A stretch of DNA of 55,946 bases from Stramenopiles sp. TOSAG23-2. Its lineage: Eukaryota. This document shows positions 12,769-23,900 of this stretch, in pieces; within the stretch, counting starts at the first letter, position 1; each line of letters opens with the position of its first letter. Location: positions 1 to 55,946 of the forward strand of contig LT649259.1 in NCBI GenBank assembly GCA_900128395.1. The letters run 5' to 3'. The notes under the pieces were generated by a model. That model saw only the letters and a program-made list of their open reading frames with translations, ran no database searches and was not told where the DNA came from. The position numbers were made by a program, and so were the translations under genes.

Positions 12769-13735
12769 CGAACGTGCGAACGTGCGAACGTGCGAACGTG
12801 CGAACGTGCGAACGTGCGAACGTGCGAACGTGCGAACGTGCGAACGTGCGAACGTGCGAACGTGCGAACGTGCGAACGTGCGAACGTGCGAACGTGCGAA
12901 CGTGCGAACGTGCGAACGTGCGAACGTGCGAACGTGCGAACGTGCGAACGTGCGAACGTGCGAACGTGCGAACGTGCGAACGTGCGAACGTGCGAACGTG
13001 CGAACGTGCGAACGTGCGAACGTGCGAACGTGCGAACGTGCGAACGTGCGAACGTGCGAACGTGCGAACGTGCGAACGTGCGAACGTGCGAACGTGCGAA
13101 CGTGCGAACGTGCGAACGTGCGAACGTGCGAACGTGCGAACGTGCGAACGTGCGAACGTGCGAACGTGCGAACGTGCGAACGTGCGAACGTGCGAACGTG
13201 CGAACGTGCGAACGTGCGAACGTGCGAACGTGCGAACGTGCGAACGTGCGAACGTGCGAACGTGCGAACGTGCGAACGTGCGAACGTGCGAACGTGCGAA
13301 CGTGCGAACGTGCGAACGTGCGAACGTGCGAACGTGCGAACGTGCGAACGTGCGAACGTGCGAACGTGCGAACGTGCGAACGTGCGAACGTGCGAACGTG
13401 CGAACGTGCGAACGTGCGAACGTGCGAACGTGCGAACGTGCGAACGTGCGAACGTGCGAACGTGCGAACGTGCGAACGTGCGAACGTGCGAACGTGCGAA
13501 CGTGCGAACGTGCGAACGTGCGAACGTGCGAACGTGCGAACGTGCGAACGTGCGAACGTGCGAACGTGCGAACGTGCGAACGTGCGAACGTGCGAACGTG
13601 CGAACGTGCGAACGTGCGAACGTGCGAACGTGCGAACGTGCGAACGTGCGAACGTGCGAACGTGCGAACGTGCGAACGTGCGAACGTGCGAACGTGCGAA
13701 CGTGCGAACGTGCGAACGTGCGAACGGTGCGAACG
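12769..13735. repeat. (CGAACGTG)n 8-bp tandem array
   Basis: 119 perfect units at 12769-13720, then a degenerate CGAACGGTGCGAACG. The array is truncated by the gap. Confidence 0.97.
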
Positions 13736-13788
13736 CCCCATATATATATATATATCTTCAATCCCACACAACACACACAACAAAACTT

Positions 13789-15132
13789 TTAAAACCAACC
13801 ACTTGATACACCACCTGCACCAGTTGATTTAGATAAGACTTTTTTACTCAACGTAACAAATGTTTGTATATCATTGCTTACTAAATCTTGATCCCATCGC
13901 ATGAATAAATCTAAACCTGAATTATTAAATACAAATACAAAGATAATAAGTACAAGTCCATATATTATAAAATATGGCCATGCCGATCGTGTCCCTGCAA
14001 ATACTGGACCAACAATATTACTATGCAATAATGATGTCGTCACCATAAATGCAATGCTAAATACAAGTGTTTTTTCAAATGCTAATAAAAAATTTCGCTC
14101 ATATGTAGCAAAGATACTAATACATGCATCCATATTACTTTTCCAAAAACTTCGATCTTGCATTGTTAATTCTTCACATACTTGACTTAGACGATTCACT
14201 ACAGGCTCAAAATATTGAGTTTCTAAGCGTTGCAAACCCCATCTCCAACGATAGAAATGCCGTACGACTGTCCATGCAACTGAATGAAAACCACCAATAA
14301 TCATACCAAAGACTTGAAAATGCATATTTGTCATATATAAATATGCAGTAGAAATAACAGTGCATTGAATCACAGTATGTGCATCTGTAATATAATCGTA
14401 TAAGAAAAAAATTTCATCAATTAATTTTTCACGTAATCCTACTCCATTTGGTAATTGAATATCATCCTTTGTCCATATATAAAAGACAAACGAACAAACC
14501 ATACCGACAAAGATAAGACCAGCACTAAAACCGTACATAAACCATATTAACAAATGGAAGAAACATGCAATTGAAAAAAATTGCAAAAGTCGTTGTTTCC
14601 ATGTTTCTAACGCTAATAATGTTAATTCATCTTCCATAACATCTGGATTTAACACGTAATAATCACGATCTGTTTCGCACCAAATATTTGGATTTTGTAC
14701 TATTGAGCATAAAGGGACAAATGCAGCTTTTCCATCTTTGATAGGTTCATACCATAATCCAGCAATACGACTATTCCATTTAAATCTTGGGACATCTTCA
14801 TCACCTTCAGTACTATGAATATGGGAATGATAAATTGCACTTAATACCATATCTGATAATTCTTTCGTGGTAAGTTTACGATTATTTTCACCAGTCGGTA
14901 TATATAATATTCTACGTTCATGTTCAATGTCATCATCATCTGGTGGACTTCTTCCAAATAATACTATACCATTTTGTGCTGATAAAATATTTTCATCATC
15001 TGTAAGTTTATGTTTTAATATACATAATTTAACATAACCGTCTGGTGCATCTGGTAACCCTGGGTATGATGATGATCTAGATATACGAGTATTATTTCCA
15101 GATGATGGTGAAGTGGATGGTGATGATGGCAT
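13789..15132 (-). CDS. Multi-pass membrane protein of unknown function (447 aa)
   Basis: Long ORF with a soluble N-terminal ~175 aa followed by about 6 hydrophobic segments. No family recognised with confidence. Confidence 0.75.
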   Translation of the reverse strand: MPSSPSTSPSSGNNTRISRSSSYPGLPDAPDGYVKLCILKHKLTDDENILSAQNGIVLFGRSPPDDDDIEHERRILYIPTGENNRKLTTKELSDMVLSAIYHSHIHSTEGDEDVPRFKWNSRIAGLWYEPIKDGKAAFVPLCSIVQNPNIWCETDRDYYVLNPDVMEDELTLLALETWKQRLLQFFSIACFFHLLIWFMYGFSAGLIFVGMVCSFVFYIWTKDDIQLPNGVGLREKLIDEIFFLYDYITDAHTVIQCTVISTAYLYMTNMHFQVFGMIIGGFHSVAWTVVRHFYRWRWGLQRLETQYFEPVVNRLSQVCEELTMQDRSFWKSNMDACISIFATYERNFLLAFEKTLVFSIAFMVTTSLLHSNIVGPVFAGTRSAWPYFIIYGLVLIIFVFVFNNSGLDLFMRWDQDLVSNDIQTFVTLSKKVLSKSTGAGGVSSGWF

Positions 15133-15287
15133 TGTTTCTTTAATACGATATATTATTATTTTTCTTTCAGTTTAATTTTCTTCTTTTTTATCTGTGTATT
15201 TCAACGAAGTTCAAATAATAATATTTCTTGAATCTATTTTCTGTATATTGGGAGCTATCTTTTTTGTCTATCTATCTTAAATACTTC

Positions 15288-15496
15288 TTGTAATTATTTT
15301 ATACAATTATCATCAACAAAACTCCACCCTATACCACCCAAACAAAATACCAAAGTCTATATATCTTATCCTTATTGGATATTATTGTATTGTAATTATT
15401 TTATACAATTATCATCAACAAAACTCCACCCTATACCACCCAAATAAAATACCAAAGTCTATATACAGTATCTTATCCTTATTGGATATTATTGTA
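15288..15496. repeat. Imperfect tandem duplication, period ~102 bp
   Basis: Copies start at 15288 and 15390 and differ by a substitution and a small indel. Confidence 0.85.
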
Positions 15497-16121
15497 AATA
15501 TATAAGTTACAGTGTAAGAGTTGGATTGGGTTGGTGTTTTAGGGGCACACTTCATTGGAAATATCATATATTTTAAGTATAATAATTAGTATTGTATATA
15601 CAGACTTATATATTTTTTTACTGAAAACATAGGAATATGATTGAAATAATTGAAGAATAATTGAAATAATATACAGTTTGTTTTTAGTTTTCCTTAATAT
15701 ATACAAAGTAGTAGCTGGAATACAAGAAATCCGCAAAGATAATAATAATAAATACGAGGCGTATATGCTGGTACCAGGTAAACTGGTATATGCCAAGGTA
15801 CTATTTGCACGAGTGCCTGTGTGTCTATGCTATTGATTTCAGGCGTTCACCATTTACCACCATTTACCACCTCTATTCCACTACATAATCTCTAATTACC
15901 ACAGATATTATACCATACTAGGTTAAGGTAATACAGAAGATATATGCATCTCACATTAGTCTGCGTCGTCAGACTCTTTCCGGGAAGAAAGACATATGAA
16001 GCACGCGACAATAATACCTGGTAATACCTAGGTACAGTAATAATAATATGATAAGCAACGTGCATAAAGTAATAATAAAAAATTAGGTGCTTAGATATAT
16101 AGATATAAAGTGTGTATCACA

Positions 16122-16335
16122 GACTATATACAAACACCTCTTCCATATTTTTTTAAAAAAAAACTACAAAATAAAATGCCACTTCTCGAATCAACCGCCT
16201 CGTCAAAAACGGCGTGTGTTTCCACGGCGACTATATACAAACACCTCTTCCATATTTTTTTAAAAAAAAACTACAAAATAAAATGCCACTTCTCGAATCA
16301 ACCGCCTCGTCAAAAACGGCGTGTGTTTCCACGGC
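16122..16335. repeat. Tandem duplication, period 107 bp, spanning the alkB 5' UTR and start codon
   Basis: GACTATATACAAACACC...TTTCCACGGC occurs at 16122 and at 16229, giving ATGs at 16176 and 16283. Confidence 0.9.
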
Positions 16336-17707
16336 GCCTGTATTTAATAAATCTCTTGGACTACCCAAAAAACCTGATGAAGGGTGGTGGGCACTTACAC
16401 ATCACAACTCAAATAATCAAAAAGGGAAACATCCTGGGGATAATAATCCAATAGTACAAACGTTATTATGGAGTGTATGGTTAATTTTACTCATTTCAAC
16501 TGCATTAATTGATGATTTTTTTCAATTTGTTGGTGCTGTTTGTTTCTTAGTCGTACTGTGTATATTTATTCCAGATGATGGAAGTACAGTATTACCATAT
16601 TACATACATTTAATATTGCCTATTATTGCATTTAAATCTGTATTGCAAGGTGGCCATTATTCGTTTTCAATGTTTTATTTTATATTTGGTATTGTTCCAT
16701 TAGCTGATTATATACTTGGTGTTGACGTAGCAAATCAATCAAAAGAGGAGCAAAAGATATTAAATAAATATTATGGATTTAAATTGTTTACATTATTAAT
16801 TCCTATTTGTGTCGCTGGTGTTATTGCTGCAGGTGCATATTTTTTGACACAAACAGAGGAAGGTAAAAATTTAACTTCAACTGAATTTATTGGTTTTAGT
16901 TTATCAGTTGGATTTTATACAGGAGCAATTGGGATAGTTGTTGGCCACGAACTTTGCCATAAAGCAAAATGGTATGAACGTTTATTAGGAAGGTTTTTAA
17001 TGTGCGCTGCTTGTTATGGGCATTTCTATGTAGAACATACACTAGGCCATCATAAAGACGTTGCGACTGATAAGGATCCAGCAACAGCACGGTATGGGGA
17101 GGACTTCTATTCCTTCCTTCCAAGGGTTGTAATAGGTGAATTTACATCTGCATGTAAAATCGAACTTGATCGGTTAAAGAGAAAGAAATTACCATGGTGG
17201 CAAAATGAAATCCCAATGTACTTTAGCGTTTCAGGTTTAATGGCGCTAGGCCTTTACATAGCGTTTGGTGCGATAGCAGTGAAATATTTTTTACTGCAAG
17301 CTGCTTGGGCGATTATATTATTTGAATCCGTAAATTATTTAGAACATTATGGTTTGGAAAGACGTCAAGACTCAAATGGAAAGCATGAAACGGTGAAGCC
17401 ACAACATAGTTGGGATTCCCCGGCAAGGCTTACGAATATGGTAACCATTAAATTACAAAGACATGCTGATCATCATGCACATGCTGGAAAAAGATTTCAA
17501 ACACTTCAAGCATATGAAGCTTCCCCGCAGTTACCAAGCGGATATGCTACAATGATCGTTCTTGCTTTCTTCCCACCGATTTGGAGATACGTGATGCATC
17601 CTCGATTAATGCGTTTTCGAAAAACGCAAACAGGTCAAGTTTGGAGACATGGACCACAGCCAGAATATGATGAGAACAATGGTGAGGGTGATAAGAAGAA
17701 GAAATAA
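16283..17707 (+). CDS. alkB: Alkane 1-monooxygenase (AlkB-type membrane di-iron hydroxylase), 474 aa
   Basis: His boxes GHELCHK, EHTLGHH, NYLEHYGL and LQRHADHHA, plus DPATARYGE and PQLPSGY, and multiple TM helices. The start is taken at the in-frame ATG of the second duplicate copy. Confidence 0.92.
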   Translation: MPLLESTASSKTACVSTAPVFNKSLGLPKKPDEGWWALTHHNSNNQKGKHPGDNNPIVQTLLWSVWLILLISTALIDDFFQFVGAVCFLVVLCIFIPDDGSTVLPYYIHLILPIIAFKSVLQGGHYSFSMFYFIFGIVPLADYILGVDVANQSKEEQKILNKYYGFKLFTLLIPICVAGVIAAGAYFLTQTEEGKNLTSTEFIGFSLSVGFYTGAIGIVVGHELCHKAKWYERLLGRFLMCAACYGHFYVEHTLGHHKDVATDKDPATARYGEDFYSFLPRVVIGEFTSACKIELDRLKRKKLPWWQNEIPMYFSVSGLMALGLYIAFGAIAVKYFLLQAAWAIILFESVNYLEHYGLERRQDSNGKHETVKPQHSWDSPARLTNMVTIKLQRHADHHAHAGKRFQTLQAYEASPQLPSGYATMIVLAFFPPIWRYVMHPRLMRFRKTQTGQVWRHGPQPEYDENNGEGDKKKK

Positions 17708-17718
17708 CAAGTACATTT

Positions 17719-17941
17719 TTGTGTACGACTTCGTAATAATATTTTTAATTATAATTATTATTTGTTTTTATATTTATAAAGCTAAATCCTCTACGTGTAT
17801 TTTCGTTTTTTGCGCCTATAATAATCGTTTTGCTTTAAAATGTGTTGTGTACGACTTCGTAATAATATTTTTAATTATAATTATTATTTGTTTTTATATC
17901 ATATTTTAAAGCTAAATCCTCTACGTCTATTTTCGTTTTTT
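17719..17941. repeat. Imperfect direct duplication of ~95 bp between convergent genes
   Basis: TTGTGTACGACTTCGTAATAATATTTTTAATTATAATTATTATTTG...CTCTACGT occurs at about 17719 and 17845. Confidence 0.85.
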
Positions 17942-17967
17942 TATATATATATAAATAAAAACTTCTC

Positions 17968-20529
17968 TTAACTCATTGCCGCTTCTAATACACCACAGGC
18001 TATCATTACATCTTGAATTGCTACACCAGTTGAATCAAACAATGTTATACTATCATCATTTTTACCACTACGAATATTATCTTCACTGCTCCCTTGCAAT
18101 AATAATTCTCCCAATTCTACTACAGGGTGATTATCATCATTATCAGAGCAACATGATAATTCGCCAAATGCTAAGCATTGTTTTTTTGAATCTGCTACTT
18201 TTACATCTGCTTGCTTTACTAAATCTTCAGATAATTCTCGTTTGCCAATGCCATCGCTGCCGATTGCTGTTATATGGGTACCAGGGCGTACAGAGTGTAA
18301 AATTGGTTTCTTTGCCGATGTTGTTGTTACAATTAAATTACATTCCCTAGTCAAATCATTCATTTCTGTGGCAACCGCTACATCAAATCCTTCATTTATC
18401 ATTTCACTTTTAAATATATTCGCTTTTTCTATATTTCTTCCCCAAACAACTACTGGTGCAATTATACCAACCACTTTTAACCATCTCAATTGAAAACGAG
18501 CTTGCATGCCAGTACCTACTATGCCAATTTTTTCTAATCCTTGCTTTGCATTTATTTTAGCTAATTTTCGTGCTGCAATTGCCCCAGCAATTGCTGTTCT
18601 TACATCTGTTAAATACCCATTATCAAACAGAATGCTGTCTGTATTTCCAGACTTTTGATTAAATACTAGCATTAATCCAGTTGATGTACTTTTATTTAAT
18701 GCTACATTTCCAGGGAAACCACCCGCACATTTCACAACAAACTTATCTCCATTTTTTATAAATCCACTTTTGACACATACATCACCATATGAACCAAGAT
18801 CCAAATGCTGTACCGGGGCTACTTCAACAAGCCCTTGAGAAAAGGATATAAATCCATTTACTTGCGCTTCAATTAATGTAAGAAATTTTTCTTTAACTAC
18901 TCTTTTAATTGTATCTAATCCTAATGTAAATGGAGATTTGGTTACAGCATTACCATTATTGTTTGTGATTGTAGTAATTTCATTTTTAGTAACCACCTCG
19001 GCATTTGCATTTTTTACTTCTACTGCTTTTTTTACAATCTTGGACCATTCTAGAATTTTTTCTTTTGATTTTTTTTTATTTGCACGTAACCAATTAAATT
19101 TATCATTCGGTAGACTTCTCAAATGTTGAACAGTTTTGTTTACACGTGGTGTCAAACCTGCTTGAATCAACGTTTCATCAAATTTTGCTGGATGTGCTGT
19201 TAGTACACAAACAGTATTATTATGGTCTAGCTTATTTTTTATTTTATTATTATTTATATTGTCTTTATTATCATTATTTAGCTTAAAGTATGCAAAAACG
19301 CCAATGGCAGAGTGTGGGCAAAGATGATATGAAGACGCTTCATCTACCTTTTTCATTACATCCATTGTGGATTTATCTGTAACATTTAAACTTGTAAATG
19401 TTTCTTGAATTTTTAGAACTAACAATTCATCTAATTGGCATCCACGACGTTTGGTAGGTCCATTATTACTATTATTTTGCTCCAATTGTTTCATATAAAA
19501 GCTTACTTCATCTGAATTTTGATTTAACATGAAGTAAAGCATCCGCTCCAAATTGTATGCAAATTGAATATCCATAGCGGGCGAAACTGTTTTTTTATTT
19601 GCACCCATAAACATATCGCCAGTTGATAGTGTACGATGTACAATATCATTTGCATTTGTAGCGCATATAATTTTATCGATTGGGAGATTCATTAATTTTG
19701 CAAGATAGCCACCGCATGCATTCCCAAATGCACCAGAAGGTACAATAAATGTTACTTTTTTCTCACACAAAGGTTGTAATTGTATGTAGCTCCAAAAATA
19801 ATAACACGATTGAGCCATAATCCTGGCAAAATTAATACTATTAATTGAACATACAGAGTATTTTTCCATGAATTGTGAATCCATAAATAACATTTTCAAC
19901 GCCTCGGCTTGCTCATCCGTATTACCTTCTGTACGAAAAACTTCTACATTATCCGAGTCAACAGTAGTTAATTGTAATTCCTGTACAACACTAACACGTT
20001 CATTTGGATATAGACAAAAAATATTAATATTCTTTAAATCTTTTACCGCTGCAATGGCTGCAGGGCCCGTATCTCCAGAAGTTTCTACTATTATATTTGC
20101 ACGTTTTTTTCTTTTTCCTAAATAATAATTTAAAAGTTGCGCAACAACTTGTTGGCCAATATCTTTAAATGCTAATGTTGGACCATTTCCTGTTTCAAGA
20201 AAATACGGGTAGTTATCTTTCACTTTCAACAAAGGCAAGGATGGAGTTTTCCCATCATTAAAAGTTTTGAATGCAGCTTCACACATATCTAAACAATCAG
20301 CAGCTGGTATAGATGTATACATTTCCATTACAAATGCAGTCACTTCAGCAAGTGTTGCTTTTTTTGCTGCCATTCGCTTTAAATCAACGGATTTGATTTT
20401 CGGTATGCATTCTGGGACATATAACCCACCATCTGTCGCATATGCTGAGAATAATATCTTTTCAAATGGTTGATTTCTTTCTATAGATGCACCACGTGTT
20501 GAACAATATCGTATTTTAGATGTTGCCAT
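17968..20529 (-). CDS. Fusion: threonine synthase-family (fold-type II PLP) domain + ornithine cyclodeaminase/mu-crystallin domain, 853 aa
   Basis: N-terminal half: YCSTRG, DGGLYVP, GPTLAFKD (PLP Lys), ETSGDTG, NSINFAR, VPSGAFGN, SPAMDI, CPHSA, TAHPAKF. C-terminal half: YLTDVRTAIAG, GIVGTGMQA, HITAIGSD, FDSTGVAIQD. The first ATG is at 20529; the ORF-track start at 20553 is GTG. Confidence 0.9.
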   Translation of the reverse strand: MATSKIRYCSTRGASIERNQPFEKILFSAYATDGGLYVPECIPKIKSVDLKRMAAKKATLAEVTAFVMEMYTSIPAADCLDMCEAAFKTFNDGKTPSLPLLKVKDNYPYFLETGNGPTLAFKDIGQQVVAQLLNYYLGKRKKRANIIVETSGDTGPAAIAAVKDLKNINIFCLYPNERVSVVQELQLTTVDSDNVEVFRTEGNTDEQAEALKMLFMDSQFMEKYSVCSINSINFARIMAQSCYYFWSYIQLQPLCEKKVTFIVPSGAFGNACGGYLAKLMNLPIDKIICATNANDIVHRTLSTGDMFMGANKKTVSPAMDIQFAYNLERMLYFMLNQNSDEVSFYMKQLEQNNSNNGPTKRRGCQLDELLVLKIQETFTSLNVTDKSTMDVMKKVDEASSYHLCPHSAIGVFAYFKLNNDNKDNINNNKIKNKLDHNNTVCVLTAHPAKFDETLIQAGLTPRVNKTVQHLRSLPNDKFNWLRANKKKSKEKILEWSKIVKKAVEVKNANAEVVTKNEITTITNNNGNAVTKSPFTLGLDTIKRVVKEKFLTLIEAQVNGFISFSQGLVEVAPVQHLDLGSYGDVCVKSGFIKNGDKFVVKCAGGFPGNVALNKSTSTGLMLVFNQKSGNTDSILFDNGYLTDVRTAIAGAIAARKLAKINAKQGLEKIGIVGTGMQARFQLRWLKVVGIIAPVVVWGRNIEKANIFKSEMINEGFDVAVATEMNDLTRECNLIVTTTSAKKPILHSVRPGTHITAIGSDGIGKRELSEDLVKQADVKVADSKKQCLAFGELSCCSDNDDNHPVVELGELLLQGSSEDNIRSGKNDDSITLFDSTGVAIQDVMIACGVLEAAMS

Positions 20530-20975
20530 GGTTTGGTATGAATTATAATACACTTTACTGTAATATGTCGGTAATATTATCTTCCTTGAATTTAGCAGAA
20601 TATATTTAATATATAAATAATTCGTGATGGTTAAAATCTAAGTTACAATAATTTTAGTATATATATTTATATTTTAATATTATATTGAAATATATTTAAA
20701 CCACATCATACAGACAAGCTACATCTGTATATATAATATAATTATTATTACTTATAATCATAATACTTGTTGTATTAAAATGTGGTGATTGATGTGATTG
20801 TGCGATTTAAAGGGTAAATAAATTTTTATTATACTAATAAGTATAAATTATAATACCCATATTTTAGTATCAAATCTCCGATGCACTTTGAAATGTAAAT
20901 GCTAATCATTATAATAAATAATTTCAATAATACTTTTTCAAATAATAATTTCTAATTTGGTTTTAGTTTCTTTTT

Positions 20976-23900
20976 TTACCGCATTTTCGCTCTGCTATCA
21001 TATCGCCTAAATGTTTGTTGCATATCGGCGGATGAAGCATTCCATACAGAGGAATCACTAAAGGACATCACTCGTCTAGCTTTTAAATTTCTACGACGGA
21101 ATTTCTCTGCATTTAACTCTAATTTCATAGCATCCATCGATAACATTGCATTGGCACATGTCTCTACTATTAATGCTGCATTTCTACTTCGAACATTTTG
21201 GAACGAGCTATGAGTACTTTCAATTGCTAATAAACCTCCCTCGTTGATAATAATTTCAGCTTGCCCTGCACTAGCCATAGCAATGTTTTCTAATGTACTA
21301 ACACAACGTACGCATATTTGTGGGCGATTGGGCCATGCACATAAATTATTAATGACAAAAGTAATACCACCTTGCACAACTGTTAAACGTAAAGCCTCTT
21401 CGCTAAATGATAAAAGACCTATAATTGCTATAACCCCGGTAAGGATTGTATATTCTGTTGGATAAAGTTGCGTACAAATCTTCATCAATGGAGGTATTGC
21501 ATATCTTGCAACATCAAACATACAGTTGTCATCGGCTGCTAGTTTGTTCAAAGCATTCACTACAATGCCTATCAATTCACGATCATAGCCTTCTCCTTCA
21601 CTCAAGGAAATTAAATTTGAAACCGATGCTATACCACCAAGTGCAACCATCCGCCTACGCGTTTCTTCATCAGCAGATAAATGATAAAATGCAGACACTG
21701 TGTTTATAAGAACATCTATGCGACTTTTTTGCAATGTTGAATTATCAATAACACCTACAACTACTTGGAATCCACCATCTTCCAGCAAAATATTTCTACA
21801 TGTACTAGATGTACATATGGCATGGACCATGGACATAGAATGCTGTATCACAACGTCATCATAATCATGAATTTGGATAATCTTTAAGATCGTTTCAACT
21901 ACATCTTTCACAACTAAACGCTCCAATGTAGCGGCATAAATTGTTGCATTATACAATGCTTCCAGTCCTGATGCTAAAACCTTTGAAGGAACGGATTGGG
22001 AAATAGTTTCCAAGATTATATCTGGAGCGCGATGCGAATACAATTGCTCATGGTAATCATTATTATCTTCAATATCGTCAAATTCCGCGAGGAAGAAATT
22101 CCCAAGTACATCCATACTTAGTTTCAATATTTCATGATGTTTTGGATGGGATTCAATGAAGTGCACTACAACGGAAGTTCCGCCGCTTGAAACCACACTA
22201 ATCATCAATTCGTCTGAATCGCATAACACTCCAAATAAACGCGTTCCATGGGCGGCAACTTGCTCTTCCTCCCGATGGCGATGTGTTAGATATAGGATCT
22301 TTTGATCAAGTATATCCCAAACAGTTTGTTGTATAGGTACATTCTGAGCACATAGATTGGACAATAAATGCAGGCATAAATATTCCACCTCCACTGATGT
22401 TTCCATGTAGTGATGCATTACATATTCTAACCCACTAACAAGCTTCAACGTATCTACTAAATGATTCGAGATATCTGGTGCCCGGTACGATAGATTAATC
22501 AAGCATTTTAAGCACGGAATGATTAAATCTACATATTCTAGATATTTCATCATCAATTGCACAGCAACAACGCCAGCACCTTGCGATCCATACATTCGTT
22601 GATTGTGTCGTACTTTTGTAGCATTTTCCATCTCCGTCATTTTTTTTGTATATTGTTTAATATTTCCAGCATCTACTTCGCGCAATTCCTTGACTCGCTG
22701 CGCTACTGTTTCCTCGTCTTCCACTTTAACAATTGCTTTTCCAGCCGGCCGTTTATATCTTTTTTCTGCTTTTTTTAATGCCGCTTTTAACGCGCTGATA
22801 TCCATGATATCTTCATCATTGTCGAGTTCATCTGTTTCCATTCCTTGTAACAATGACAATGCATCTTTGGAAAATTTATCATTTTCATCATCTTTCTGCG
22901 AACCAGCAAGTGCAGCAGAGATGCGAGAACCGACACGCATATTAATCAATTCCTCCGAAACAAGTGCAGATGAATGTACATGTTCTGTAACTTTGTTCAA
23001 AACTTCTAAACATGTCAATGCATGTTCTGAATTATTTTCTAATGTACTCATAACATTTGCAACAAAACCATTCAACTCGCTTTGTTTTCCAGAGTTAGCC
23101 ATACCAGTAACAATAGATTGCATTGCTTGCGAACCTCCTTCAGTGGAACAGATTTCAGCCATATTAGCACTGATGACTTCAACCGCTTTCGATTGAGCAC
23201 CTGGCATGTAATCGTGGACAATATCACTCAAAGCAGAATCGGCCATCAAATATACTGCACTTTGAGGACTCATTACTTCCGACAATATTTTATCTGCATG
23301 AATGGTAACATTTTCTTCCTCTGGAAATTTATTGACTAGCTGAACCGCAGCACTGGATATTTCTTGCTCAATTAAAGACTCTCTCAAGCCTTCCACCTCT
23401 TTGGAGGCTACAACTAGCGTGGCTAGTAATTCAGCCGCACCTGCTGCTGCGGGAACAAATGCAGGATCGGATGGACATTCCATTGCAAATTTAATGACAC
23501 TTCTAGTACCACCACGTTGCGATACTGCATTTGCACCCTCATTAGTCTCTGCTAAAATTTTTAAAACTTTTGTAGCAGCTAAAATCACATCAGGGTCGTT
23601 CTTATGCAATTGCAAGACACGGATGACTAGTCGAATGCCTTTTTGGTTTAAAATACTTTCGCGTAAATGCTCAACAGTAGCCAACGTAGCTAGTAGCTCC
23701 AATAGTTCGGTAACGTCGTATTTTGCATTTGCTTGAAGGCCTCGTAATACACATTCAATAGTGCCATTGTCTACAATCTCATCAATCATATTTTGAGCAA
23801 CTGATGGATCAGTTTCTCCAGATCTCATGGTTGATTGGATAAGCCCTCTCAGTGCGCGAGCGGCAGCATTAACAATTTCTTCTTTTTCCGACGTTTGTAA

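Noticed and set aside
12769-13735. CRISPR array or telomere
   Set aside because: There are no spacers, the unit lacks the G-run of canonical telomere repeats, and genes flank it on both sides.
12190-13832. Long ORFs of RSHVRTFA / RTCERANV repeats
   Set aside because: They are translations of the stop-free 8-bp array and the N gap, not genes.
16110-16454. 114-aa ORF overlapping the alkB start
   Set aside because: It is a product of the 107-bp duplication.
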